In this document: positions 18,235 through 27,977 of the stretch, one piece after another
How positions within the stretch are numbered: position 1 is the stretch's first letter
Layout of the letters: each line of letters begins with the position of its first letter
Assembly: GCA_024696885.1 (NCBI GenBank)
Contig: JAILGI010000044.1
Span: 1 to 52,346 of the forward strand
DNA: 52,346 nt
Direction: 5' to 3'
From: Bacilli bacterium
GTDB taxonomy: Bacteria; Bacillota_I; Bacilli_A; RFN20; CAG-826
Notes under the pieces: model-generated
Database searches by the model: none
What the model saw: only the letters and a program-made list of their open reading frames with translations
Told to the model about the DNA's origin: nothing
Program-made: the position numbers and the translations under genes

Positions 18235-18786
18235 ATGATTTATTTTTTAAGAGGTAAAGTTGCCTCAGTTGATAAGGACACCGTCATTATTGATGTTCAT
18301 GATGTCGGCTATCAAGTCTTAGTGAGCCATATCGATGAATACGAAATCGGACAAGATGTTTTTGTCTATACCTATAATGTCGTTAGAGAAGATGAACAAT
18401 ATCTCGTAGCCTTCAAATCTCTAGAAGAAAAAACAGTATTTTTATCATTGATAAAAGTCAAAGGTTTAGGACCCAAAACTGCGATTGGAGCCTTAAGCGC
18501 GACCACACCAAACCAAGTTATCGCTGCGATCAGCAGTAATAATGTCGCTTTCTTAAAGAAACTACCCGGTATTGGTGGTAAAGCCGCTGCGCAAATCATC
18601 CTCGACTTAAAGGGTGAACTCACCGGTGAAAAAGGTGATCCAGGTGTTTATGACGATGTCTATGAAGCCTTAAAAGAATTAGGTTTCAAAGGAGCAGCGA
18701 TTGACCGCGTCTTAGCGAGCATCAATGAACCAAACGCCAGCGCGGAAGAAGTAATTAGAATCGCATTATCCAAGTTAAGGAAGTAA
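18235..18786 (+). CDS. ruvA: Holliday junction helicase subunit RuvA
   Basis: MIYFLRGKV..., HhH motifs [12 protein letters not shown] / [12 protein letters not shown]. Confidence 0.9.
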   Translation: MIYFLRGKVASVDKDTVIIDVHDVGYQVLVSHIDEYEIGQDVFVYTYNVVREDEQYLVAFKSLEEKTVFLSLIKVKGLGPKTAIGALSATTPNQVIAAISSNNVAFLKKLPGIGGKAAAQIILDLKGELTGEKGDPGVYDDVYEALKELGFKGAAIDRVLASINEPNASAEEVIRIALSKLRK

Positions 18787-18787
18787 T

Positions 18788-19792
18788 ATGTCACGTTTAT
18801 TAGACGCTCACATTAATAGCATTGACAAGCAAGAAGAGACATCTTTAAGACCGATTAGCCTAGATGAATATGTAGGTCAAAAAGACTTAAAGAAAAATCT
18901 CCGTGTTTTTATCGGTGCTGCTTTACATAGAGACGAACCTTTAGACCACGTTTTATTCTATGGTCCTCCTGGATTAGGCAAGACCACATTAGCTTATGTT
19001 ATCGCTCATGAAATGCATGCGAATATTCATGTTGCTAGTGGTCCAAGCTTAGAAAAAACTGGCGATTTAGCTGCTATTTTAAGCGAACTTGAACCAGGCG
19101 ATATCCTCTTTATTGATGAAATTCATCGCCTCCCTCGCGTGGTGGAAGAAAGCTTATACACTGCGATGGAAGATTTCAAATTCTCCATCGTCTTAAATAG
19201 AGAAAACGGATCCCGTGTATTGACTCTGGATTTACCGCCTTTCACTCTTATTGGCGCGACCACTAGAGCGGGTAATTTATCCTCCCCATTAAGAGCGAGA
19301 TTCGGTATAAGTGAAAAGCTGAATTTCTACGATATTGAAGAAACGACACAAATTGTTCAAAGAACAAGTAAAGTTTTCAATTGTCCAATTGATAAAGATG
19401 CCGCGGAAGAAATCGCAAAAAGAAGTAGAGGCACACCTCGTATTGCTAACCGTTTGTTTAGACGTGTTCGTGACTTCGTGAACTTTGAAGGTAAAGATAA
19501 TATTGATATCAATGACGCGACAAATGCCTTGCAAGCTTTGAAAGTGGATGCAATCGGATTAGATGATGTCGATATCCGCTACTTAAAGACACTCATCGAA
19601 CGTTTCAATGGTGGTCCAGTTGGCTTAGAGACATTGGCTAACGCTATCGGAGAGGAAATCAATAACCTGGAAGATGTGTATGAGCCATATCTATTACAAA
19701 TTGGATTCATCGATCGTACACCTCGAGGAAGAGTGGCGAATGAAAAGGCTTATAAGCATTTAAAAATCAAGCATCAAATGAATTTATTCTAA
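18788..19792 (+). CDS. ruvB: Holliday junction helicase RuvB
   Basis: [12 protein letters not shown], Walker [18 protein letters not shown]. Confidence 0.95.
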   Translation: MSRLLDAHINSIDKQEETSLRPISLDEYVGQKDLKKNLRVFIGAALHRDEPLDHVLFYGPPGLGKTTLAYVIAHEMHANIHVASGPSLEKTGDLAAILSELEPGDILFIDEIHRLPRVVEESLYTAMEDFKFSIVLNRENGSRVLTLDLPPFTLIGATTRAGNLSSPLRARFGISEKLNFYDIEETTQIVQRTSKVFNCPIDKDAAEEIAKRSRGTPRIANRLFRRVRDFVNFEGKDNIDINDATNALQALKVDAIGLDDVDIRYLKTLIERFNGGPVGLETLANAIGEEINNLEDVYEPYLLQIGFIDRTPRGRVANEKAYKHLKIKHQMNLF

Positions 19793-19809
19793 AGGAAAAT
19801 ATATAAAAT

Positions 19810-19850
19810 GTGGGTTAAGTTTTCAATCGATGCCCACTTTTTTATTTTTT
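19810..19850 (+). terminator. possible terminator after ruvB
   Basis: GTGGG (19810..19814) pairs with CCCAC (19833..19837) across a long loop, followed by TTTTTTATTTTTT. The stem is weak. Confidence 0.4.
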
Positions 19851-19987
19851 CTAAAAATCTTATCTTTCTAATAAATTAGAAAAGTGTTTTTCGTATATTT
19901 CTACATAAAGTATTTGAATTATATTTATAATTCGTGTAATCTTATTCATAGTCGTGTGAATACGTACCTATACAGGAGGGATACATT

Positions 19988-22642
19988 ATGCGTAGATTAT
20001 GGGCTTACATTCTATTAGCAGTAACTTCATTAGTGCTAGTGGGTGTTTCCTTTGCTCCTATGATTAGCAAAGCAAATTCCAATATGGATTATCAACCAGG
20101 ACGCGAACTTATTTTCCGCGTTTATGAAAAAGAAGGAGATGGCTCTGAAGCGTTGACAAAAGACGGTTTAGAAAACGTCGCTTCAATTATGGAAGAACGT
20201 TTAGAAAACCAAGGCGTTTCCCGTTACCAAGTCAACATCGAAGGTGAAGACACCATTACCGTTACTCTTTCTCAAGATTACGAATCCAATTACAACAACA
20301 TCGTTTCCTATATGGAATTTGATGGTTCTTTTGGTTTAACCAATAGCGCTGGTGATTTCGCCCTTGCTGATGAATTCTTAACAGATGACAAAGCCTTTAT
20401 TGATTCTATTAACAGTTATCCATGTATCGTCCTTCCTGTAAACGTGGAAAATGATCAATATAAGAACGTTTTCTCTAGAGCCAAGAGTGAAGATGCGAAA
20501 GCTGAGACCGTCTCCACTGATGATGATGGCAATGAAGAAACCGCTTATTTCCTCTATTTATGGTATGGTTTTGACGAAGAAGAATATCAAAAACCTGACG
20601 TCGATTATAACGATGAAAAGATTTTGATGAAGATTAGAGTGCAAGATGACGAAGCTGACCAATATTTTGGTTCTTCCGATAATCAACTCTATTCCATTAT
20701 TAATTTAGACGCTAACGAAGATGGCACTGCTACATTCACCGAAAAGAAACAAGCCTATGATCGTGCTAATTTCTTCGTTAACTTATTAAACGCCTCTGAA
20801 CTTGACTACAATGTCAAATTAGTGGGCAGCAACTATGTTGATTCCTGGATTGAAGACTTAATTTATCGTGGTGATGTCGCTATGGTTAACCTTTCTGCGA
20901 CATTAATGGCTTTAATTAGCGCCATTATCTTAGTCTCCTTAATTCTCGTCTATTTCTACAAATTAGGCGCGATTAGCGTGATCGTTACATCAATCGTGTC
21001 CGTTTTTGCGGGCTTATGCGCGATGGTGTTATTAACCGCTGAATACAATACAATCGCCATCTTTGGCTTTGTCGCTGTTGCTTTAGCCTCTATTGCCAGT
21101 GGTGTTATTTATTTAAATAAAATTAAAGACGAAGCATATCGTGGAAGAAGCTTAAAGAAAGCTAACCTCGAAGGTGGTAAAAAAGCTTTATTACCAGTCG
21201 CTGATGTTAACGTTGTTCTCATTATCGTTGGTGTATTCTGCTACATCTTAGGTGGTAGTGCTTTACGTTCCTTCGCTGCAGTCACCGTTTTAGGCGGTAT
21301 TGCTTCCTTACTCTTAAATACTTTAGGTTTAAAAATCTTACTCTGGTTAGCCACCAACGCGACATGTGTCGTTGGCAAATATCATTTATTTGGTATTGAA
21401 GATGAAAAAGTCCCAGATTTATTAAGTGAAGATAAACAAGTTTATAACGGTCCATATGCGGAAGTTGATCTCACCAAGACCAAGAAGAAAATGAGCATCT
21501 TTGGTGGCATTTTATTCGTCGCTTCCTTAGTTTGCATGATCGTTTTTGCTTCTTTAAACAATGGTGCGATTTATTCACAAATTCAAAATGGACAAACCAG
21601 CAAAGTTTACTTTGAAACCACCGCGGTGGAAAGTTCATCTTTAGATGAATCCGCGATTCGTGATATCTTAGGTAAGACATTTACCTTTGTTGATAGCAAC
21701 GATAATGGTGTTTTAGACACTAACGAAAAATCCACATGCTTAGGTGGTGAAAACATCGTTTCTATCGATAACAAAGATAAAACATACACCGTTACAGTTG
21801 ATGATGAAGATAAGGTTTATAACGTCTTTATCGTTAATTTAAAGAGCTATATTTCCCCAGAAGCTAAAGCTTGCTATAAAGTTTCTGATACCGAAATCAT
21901 CTATCAAGGTGATAACTCTTTAACAGATGTTAACAGCATTCTTTCTTTCGCGATTAGTGAAAAGGACATCCTTGAACACGATGCGACTATTTCTTTAAAG
22001 ACAGTAAGAACATATTCTGTCAGTGAACCAAAGGTTTTACCAATCATTCTCGCCTCTTTAGTTGGCGTTCTCGTCAGTGGTTTATACCTCATCTTAAGAT
22101 ACCGCTTATCGAGAGGTTTAGCCGCGACCGCATTAGCTTTAGCCGCCGGAACAATCGCTATGGGATTCTTATCCATGATTCACATTCAAACAACAAGTGT
22201 CGCTGCTATCCTTGCTCCTATGACTATCTTAGTGGCATTCATTGCTGCGATCATGTTTATGAACCGTGAAAGAGAATTAATCATCGATGATAGAAGCAGA
22301 GATAATTCTCTTGAAAAGAGAAAAGAATTATCTATTAAAGCTACATCTTATGCTTATACCAGCGTTTATACATTCATCTTTGCCGCTGCGTTAATCGGCA
22401 TTAGTTTCTTCGGATTTGGTAGCAAAGCGACAGCTCTTCCATACATGGGATTATGCCTCCTCCTCTTATTAGTGGTGGTCATTATTCCTCCTGTGTTTAT
22501 GCCTCTTGCGAACGCCTTATATGCACTCACAAGCAAGATTAAGGTGGGAAGACCTAACAAGAAAAAGAAAGCCAAAAAGGCACATAAAGTCAATAAATCC
22601 GCAGAACCTGAAGAAGCCATCTTTATTGGCATTAACGATTAA
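19988..22642 (+). CDS. secDF: fused protein-export membrane protein SecDF
   Basis: 884 aa, with two 6-TM blocks each preceded by a large extracytoplasmic domain; RBS GGAGGG. Confidence 0.85.
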   Translation: MRRLWAYILLAVTSLVLVGVSFAPMISKANSNMDYQPGRELIFRVYEKEGDGSEALTKDGLENVASIMEERLENQGVSRYQVNIEGEDTITVTLSQDYESNYNNIVSYMEFDGSFGLTNSAGDFALADEFLTDDKAFIDSINSYPCIVLPVNVENDQYKNVFSRAKSEDAKAETVSTDDDGNEETAYFLYLWYGFDEEEYQKPDVDYNDEKILMKIRVQDDEADQYFGSSDNQLYSIINLDANEDGTATFTEKKQAYDRANFFVNLLNASELDYNVKLVGSNYVDSWIEDLIYRGDVAMVNLSATLMALISAIILVSLILVYFYKLGAISVIVTSIVSVFAGLCAMVLLTAEYNTIAIFGFVAVALASIASGVIYLNKIKDEAYRGRSLKKANLEGGKKALLPVADVNVVLIIVGVFCYILGGSALRSFAAVTVLGGIASLLLNTLGLKILLWLATNATCVVGKYHLFGIEDEKVPDLLSEDKQVYNGPYAEVDLTKTKKKMSIFGGILFVASLVCMIVFASLNNGAIYSQIQNGQTSKVYFETTAVESSSLDESAIRDILGKTFTFVDSNDNGVLDTNEKSTCLGGENIVSIDNKDKTYTVTVDDEDKVYNVFIVNLKSYISPEAKACYKVSDTEIIYQGDNSLTDVNSILSFAISEKDILEHDATISLKTVRTYSVSEPKVLPIILASLVGVLVSGLYLILRYRLSRGLAATALALAAGTIAMGFLSMIHIQTTSVAAILAPMTILVAFIAAIMFMNRERELIIDDRSRDNSLEKRKELSIKATSYAYTSVYTFIFAAALIGISFFGFGSKATALPYMGLCLLLLLVVVIIPPVFMPLANALYALTSKIKVGRPNKKKKAKKAHKVNKSAEPEEAIFIGIND

Positions 22643-22649
22643 TTTTATT

Positions 22650-22669
22650 GGGCTACTCTGTAGCCCTTT
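22650..22669 (+). terminator. rho-independent terminator after secDF
   Basis: GGGCTAC-TCT-GTAGCCC, followed by TTT. Confidence 0.7.
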
Positions 22670-22678
22670 ATCTTATTT

Positions 22679-24241
22679 ATGAACAACTCCTTATTTCAAC
22701 GTCTATTAGAATACTTCCACATCGATGAAAAGAAGTATCAAGAAATTACTAGACCAGTATCTAGTGATACTTTCGCTGTGGGGCATAATTTCAAACATAT
22801 TAATGAAGCTGTCGCTTTAGTAAAAGAAGCGGTGGATAACCATAAAAAGATTTTCATTTATGGTGATTATGACGCTGATGGCATTATGGGAACATCGATA
22901 TTAGTAAAGATGTTTGAATATATAAATTACCCTGTTGACTATTACATTCCATCCCGTTATATTGATGGTTACGGTTTAACCTATCAAAGAGCGCTTGAGG
23001 CGATTGAAAATAAAGTAGACTTAATGATTACTGTCGATAATGGTGTTGCCGCCTTTGAGGCCATAAAAACCTTAAAAGAACACAATATTAAAGTTCTCGT
23101 TTTGGATCATCATGAAATCGGAGAGGAATTACCTAACGCCGATGCGATATTACACCCAACTTTTGACGAGTTTGGTGAAACACCTTCCAGTGGTGCATTT
23201 GTGGCTTTCAACTTTACTCGTGCATATCTCGGCTATTTTGATAAATACCTATCGACGCTTGCGTCCGTTAGCCTTATTAGCGATATGATGCCTTTGTTAG
23301 ATTACAATCGCGATTTATTAAGAATCGTATTTCAAAATTATAAAGAGGGAGAATTTATCCAATTCGATTTATTAAAGGAAGATGAACCATTTAATGAAGC
23401 CACAATTGGCATGAAAATCGCTCCTAAAATTAACTCTATCGGTCGTTTATACGAAGATAATTCTCCTAACCTTTTAGTGAAATTCTTTACTTCTAACAAC
23501 AAGGAAGAAATCTTACACTACATTGATTGGATAAATGAATCAAATGAAGAGAGAAAAGCGTTGTCTAAAGCATCTGATGAGATGACTGTTGATTTCATTG
23601 AGGGCGATAAATCGCTAGTTTACATTAGTGAAACAAAAGAGGGTTTACTTGGCTTAGTCGCCAATAACTTGATGAATAAATATCATGTTCCCGTTGTCGC
23701 TTTATCGCTTGAAAAGGAAAAAGGCGTTTATAAAGGAAGCGCTCGCGCTCCTTTAGGTTTTAATATTGTTGATGCCTTTAATTACGCCAAACAATACACA
23801 ATTGTCGCAGGGGGTCACGCTTCCGCGGGTGGCTGTTCCATTAAAGAAGAGGATATTGATGGTTTTACAAAGAAGTTCAAAGAATACGCTGATACGCATC
23901 CAATTGAACATATTGAAAAAGACTATATTGAATTAAAATTAACAGAAATCACTAAAGACAATTATAAAATAATTGAATCATTCTCACCTTTTGGTGAAAG
24001 CTGGCCTAGACCGGAACTATTGTTAAATAGCATATCCACAAAATCACTTTATTTTTCTAAAACTGGTGAGCACATTTTCACCCAAGTTGGTTATGGTGGT
24101 CGTTTGGTGGGCTTCTATTTTGGTATGGAAGAAGTTAAAAAATATCCATTTATTGACTTAGTCGGAAATTTAAGACTTAACACCTTCAGAGGCTACACAA
24201 ATGTGGAGTTTTTAATTAAAGAAATCAAACAAATGCAATAA
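22679..24241 (+). CDS. recJ: single-stranded-DNA exonuclease RecJ (short form)
   Basis: DHH motifs (IYGDYDADG, VLDHHE) and DHHA1 motif GGHASAGG; 520 aa. Confidence 0.85.
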   Translation: MNNSLFQRLLEYFHIDEKKYQEITRPVSSDTFAVGHNFKHINEAVALVKEAVDNHKKIFIYGDYDADGIMGTSILVKMFEYINYPVDYYIPSRYIDGYGLTYQRALEAIENKVDLMITVDNGVAAFEAIKTLKEHNIKVLVLDHHEIGEELPNADAILHPTFDEFGETPSSGAFVAFNFTRAYLGYFDKYLSTLASVSLISDMMPLLDYNRDLLRIVFQNYKEGEFIQFDLLKEDEPFNEATIGMKIAPKINSIGRLYEDNSPNLLVKFFTSNNKEEILHYIDWINESNEERKALSKASDEMTVDFIEGDKSLVYISETKEGLLGLVANNLMNKYHVPVVALSLEKEKGVYKGSARAPLGFNIVDAFNYAKQYTIVAGGHASAGGCSIKEEDIDGFTKKFKEYADTHPIEHIEKDYIELKLTEITKDNYKIIESFSPFGESWPRPELLLNSISTKSLYFSKTGEHIFTQVGYGGRLVGFYFGMEEVKKYPFIDLVGNLRLNTFRGYTNVEFLIKEIKQMQ

Positions 24242-24294
24242 ATTATTGTATTTTAGCAATAATTTGTGAATAATCAGTTCATAACGGTGCTGAT

Positions 24295-26124
24295 ATGTTC
24301 ACGAACAAGTATTTAAGAAAATATTATCTCCATTATTCTTGGCTCTTAATTATCGGAGTCATTATTTTAGGTGGCATTGATTATCTACAAACGATTTTGC
24401 CGGAATTCTTAGGTCAAATAACCGACACTTTCAAAAAAGCAATTGAAATCAATGCTTTTAATGATGAAATGCAAAGCGATGTCTTAAGAATCGCTACATA
24501 TACTATCTTAATATCTATTGGTATGATGCTCGGTAGAATGCTTTGGCGTTTTGCTATTTTTAGAGCGAGCAAAGGCATTGAAGCTAAACTCCGTCATGAG
24601 ATGTTTGAAAAAGCGGAGCGTTTACCAGTTGAATATTATCACACTAATTCCGTAGGAACAGTTATGTCATGGTTCACTAATGATGTCGAAACAATCGAAG
24701 AATTTATCGGTTGGGGAACAGTCATGATGGTGGATGCTTTATTCCTTTCTACTTTAGTAGTTATCAAAATGGTCCGTTATAACTTAGCGATGACATTATT
24801 GATCGCTATACCCCTTGTTTTAATTATCGTTTGGGGTGCGTTAGTGGAAAAATTCATGTCTAATGTCTGGGATAACCGTCAAAAATCAAACGATGATTTG
24901 TACGATTACTCACGTGAAAGTATCACTGGCTTACGCGTTATTAAAGCTTTCGTGAAAGAAAAACAGGAATTATATTCCTTCTCCAAAGTCGCGAAAAAGA
25001 ACCAAGAAGCCAATATCAAATTTGTCCGCATTTACATGATTTTTGATATCACAATTGAAATCATTTTAGCGGGTTTAACTGTGCTAATTATCTGGTTAGG
25101 CGGTTATTTTGTCTATTTAACAGCGAATGGTGGAACACCAAATTTATTCGGTATTACATTCTCCTTTGAATTAAAAGATTTAGTAACCATGCTCGCCTAT
25201 ATGGATTTAATCATTTGGCCCATGATTGCCTTAGGCCAGATTATTTCTTCTTATTCAAGAAGTAAGACCTCTATGAAGCGTATTTCTCGTTTCTTAGATA
25301 CACCAGAAATCATCAAAGATGCTGCCGATGCGATAGATGTGGAAAATCCTAAAGGAGAAATCATCTTTAAAGACTTTTCCTTTATTTATCCATCTGGGAA
25401 GAAAGAAGAATTACAAGATATTAATTTGACCATCAAAGCCGGTGAAACCATCGGTGTTGTGGGCAAAATTGGTAGTGGTAAAACCACTTTAGTGAACGCT
25501 TTATTAAGAATTTATAACGTCAATGAAAATCAAGTGTTTATTGATGGTGTGGATATCATGAAAATTAAGCTTAATTCACTCCACAATATCATTAGTTATG
25601 TACCACAAGATAATTACTTATTCTCGGACACTTTAAGAAGAAATATTGCTTTCGGTGATGTAAATACATCACTAGATAAAGTTGAAGAGGCTGCAAAGTT
25701 TGCTTGTGTAGATGAAGATATTGAAGAATTCTCTTTAAAATATGAAACAATCTCTGGAGAAAGAGGTGTCACCCTTTCTGGTGGTCAAAAACAACGTATT
25801 TCCATCGCTAGAGCTTATATTAGACAAACTCCAATTCTTATCTTAGATGATAGTGTCAGCGCAGTGGATATTAAAACAGAAGAAACAATTCTCGCCAATA
25901 TCAAAAATGACAGAAAAGGTAAGACTACCATTTTAGTGTCATCTCGTGTCTCCACGGTGAAAGATTTAGATCGCATTATCGTGATGAACGAAGGAAAAGT
26001 GGAAGCATTTGATACTCCTAAGAATTTATTCTCCATTTCTCCAACCTATAAGAGAATGGTCCTCCTTCAACAATTAGAAGAAGAAAAAGTCACAAGAAAG
26101 GAGGAAATTGTCCATGAACGTTGA
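24295..26124 (+). CDS. ABC exporter, fused TMD-NBD half transporter (heterodimer partner 1)
   Basis: Six TM helices followed by Walker A GKIGSGKTT, signature LSGGQKQR and Walker B ILILDD. There is no N-terminal C39 peptidase domain. Confidence 0.9.
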   Translation: MFTNKYLRKYYLHYSWLLIIGVIILGGIDYLQTILPEFLGQITDTFKKAIEINAFNDEMQSDVLRIATYTILISIGMMLGRMLWRFAIFRASKGIEAKLRHEMFEKAERLPVEYYHTNSVGTVMSWFTNDVETIEEFIGWGTVMMVDALFLSTLVVIKMVRYNLAMTLLIAIPLVLIIVWGALVEKFMSNVWDNRQKSNDDLYDYSRESITGLRVIKAFVKEKQELYSFSKVAKKNQEANIKFVRIYMIFDITIEIILAGLTVLIIWLGGYFVYLTANGGTPNLFGITFSFELKDLVTMLAYMDLIIWPMIALGQIISSYSRSKTSMKRISRFLDTPEIIKDAADAIDVENPKGEIIFKDFSFIYPSGKKEELQDINLTIKAGETIGVVGKIGSGKTTLVNALLRIYNVNENQVFIDGVDIMKIKLNSLHNIISYVPQDNYLFSDTLRRNIAFGDVNTSLDKVEEAAKFACVDEDIEEFSLKYETISGERGVTLSGGQKQRISIARAYIRQTPILILDDSVSAVDIKTEETILANIKNDRKGKTTILVSSRVSTVKDLDRIIVMNEGKVEAFDTPKNLFSISPTYKRMVLLQQLEEEKVTRKEEIVHER

Positions 26125-27889
26125 AACATTGGAACAATTAAAGGGCGATAAGAAAATCCCCACCAGCATCCTCCTAAGAAAGATTTGGAAATATCTCAAA
26201 AAAGAGATTCCGTCTTTAATCATTGCGCTCGTTCTTGTTATTGCAAACGTTGGTTTTGATGTGGTTTTCCCTCTTATTATTGAAAAGATTACTAACCACT
26301 TCAGTAATACTGACCCCACAAAATTCTCATTAACGTTCCTAGGCCTTATGGCAGGAGGCTACCTCGCTTTAGCAATCGTGGGACAAGCCTTCCTTTATAT
26401 CGAAAGTATTATCTTACAAAAAGCCGGTCAAAGAATCGTTTATCGATTAAGAATGGATGTCTTTGAACACATTGAGAATATGTCACAAAATCAACTCAAT
26501 GATATGCCTGTTGGCTCTTTAGTTACCAGAGTGGCAAATTACACTACATCAATATCTGATTTATTCACGCATGTTTTAGTTAATTTAGTGCGAAATGCTT
26601 TAACCATCTTTGGTGTATTTATCATCATGTTTACCAAGAGCATTCCTCTATCTGGAATCATGTCCATTTTCGTGGTCATCATTTTCATCGCATCCTTCTT
26701 TTTCAGCAAGGCTATACGCAAGATATTCTCCAACGAGAGAAAATATATTTCTGATTTAAATACCTTCTTAAACGAGAATTTATCCGGTATTAAAATCGTG
26801 CAATTATTTAACCAACAAAAGCGTAAAAATGAGGAGTTTATTGTTAAAAACGAAACCTTAAGAAAACAGAGATATAAATTAACTATCGCTTTTGGCATCT
26901 ATCGTCCATTCATTTCCTTCTTATATTATTTCGCTATTGCGTTGACGTTCTTCTTTGGCATGAAGTTATCCTTAACTCCTGGTTCCGTTTTGGCATTTTA
27001 TTTATACTTGTCCAAATTCTTTAATCCTGTTCAAAATATCGCTGATCAACTTAACGAGATTCAAAAAGCCAACGCTGCTTGTGAAAAACTCTTTAACTTA
27101 CTCGATGTTCCTTCTGAAATCGTGGATAGAGAAGATGCGATTGAAATTGATCAATTTGAAGGAAGAATAGAATTTAAAAACGTTTGGTTTGCCTATAATC
27201 CTGATGAATGGATTTTAAAAGACGTTTCCTTTGTCATTGAACCAAAGAAAACAGTGGCTTTTGTCGGAGCGACAGGCGCGGGAAAAACGACTATTCTATC
27301 CCTAATCGTCCGTAACTACGAAATACAAAAAGGCGAGATTTTAATTGATGGAATTAACATCAATAACATCAAGATTAAATCGCTAAGAAAAGCCGTTGGA
27401 CAAATGCTCCAAGATGTCTTCTTATTCTCTGGAAGTATCAAGAGTAATATTACCCTACATGATGAATCGTTTAGTGACGAGCAAGTCATGGAGGCATGCC
27501 GCTACGTGAATGCAGATTCATTTATAAATAAAGCGGAAAAAGGCTTGGATGAAGAAGTTATTGAAAGAGGAGAAAATCTTTCTCAAGGTCAAAGACAACT
27601 TCTTTCCTTCGCCAGAACTGTCCTACATCAACCACAAATATTGATTCTCGATGAAGCCACAGCGAATATCGATACGGAAACTGAAGTCCTTATTCAACAA
27701 TCTTTAGAAAAGATGAAGACTATTGGTACCATGCTTATCGTTGCCCATAGATTATCAACCATCCAAAAAGCGGACCTAATTGTTGTCTTACAAAAGGGCG
27801 AAGTAATTGAAAAAGGCAACCACCAAGAACTACTTAAGCAAAAAGGATTCTATTATCGCCTATATCAACTACAATTTAACGATAGATAA
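26114..27889 (+). CDS. ABC exporter, fused TMD-NBD half transporter (heterodimer partner 2)
   Basis: Walker A GATGAGKTT, signature LSQGQRQL, Walker B ILILDEA. Start set at ATG 26114, 9 nt after GGAGG (26100..26104). It overlaps the upstream gene. Confidence 0.9.
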   Translation: MNVETLEQLKGDKKIPTSILLRKIWKYLKKEIPSLIIALVLVIANVGFDVVFPLIIEKITNHFSNTDPTKFSLTFLGLMAGGYLALAIVGQAFLYIESIILQKAGQRIVYRLRMDVFEHIENMSQNQLNDMPVGSLVTRVANYTTSISDLFTHVLVNLVRNALTIFGVFIIMFTKSIPLSGIMSIFVVIIFIASFFFSKAIRKIFSNERKYISDLNTFLNENLSGIKIVQLFNQQKRKNEEFIVKNETLRKQRYKLTIAFGIYRPFISFLYYFAIALTFFFGMKLSLTPGSVLAFYLYLSKFFNPVQNIADQLNEIQKANAACEKLFNLLDVPSEIVDREDAIEIDQFEGRIEFKNVWFAYNPDEWILKDVSFVIEPKKTVAFVGATGAGKTTILSLIVRNYEIQKGEILIDGININNIKIKSLRKAVGQMLQDVFLFSGSIKSNITLHDESFSDEQVMEACRYVNADSFINKAEKGLDEEVIERGENLSQGQRQLLSFARTVLHQPQILILDEATANIDTETEVLIQQSLEKMKTIGTMLIVAHRLSTIQKADLIVVLQKGEVIEKGNHQELLKQKGFYYRLYQLQFNDR

Positions 27890-27890
27890 T

Positions 27891-27920
27891 AAAGACGTTG
27901 TAACGACGTCTTTTCTTTTG
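27891..27920 (+). terminator. rho-independent terminator after the ABC pair
   Basis: AAAGACGT-TGTAACG-ACGTCTTT, then TCTTTT. Confidence 0.8.
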
Positions 27921-27977
27921 TATGGCATTTTATATTTTCTTTAAAAAATAAAGAAAAAGTTTTATCATATATGTATT

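Noticed and set aside
19932-19961. Direct repeat TCGTGTAAT / TCGTGTGAAT spaced 20 bp apart, between a TATAAT box and the secDF RBS.
   Set aside because: It is only a 6-nt exact core repeated once, so it is indistinguishable from chance without comparative data.
24241-24264. AT-only hairpin AATTATTG-N8-CAATAATT after recJ, considered as a terminator.
   Set aside because: The stem has no G-C pairs and there is no downstream T-tract, so it is not a convincing intrinsic terminator.
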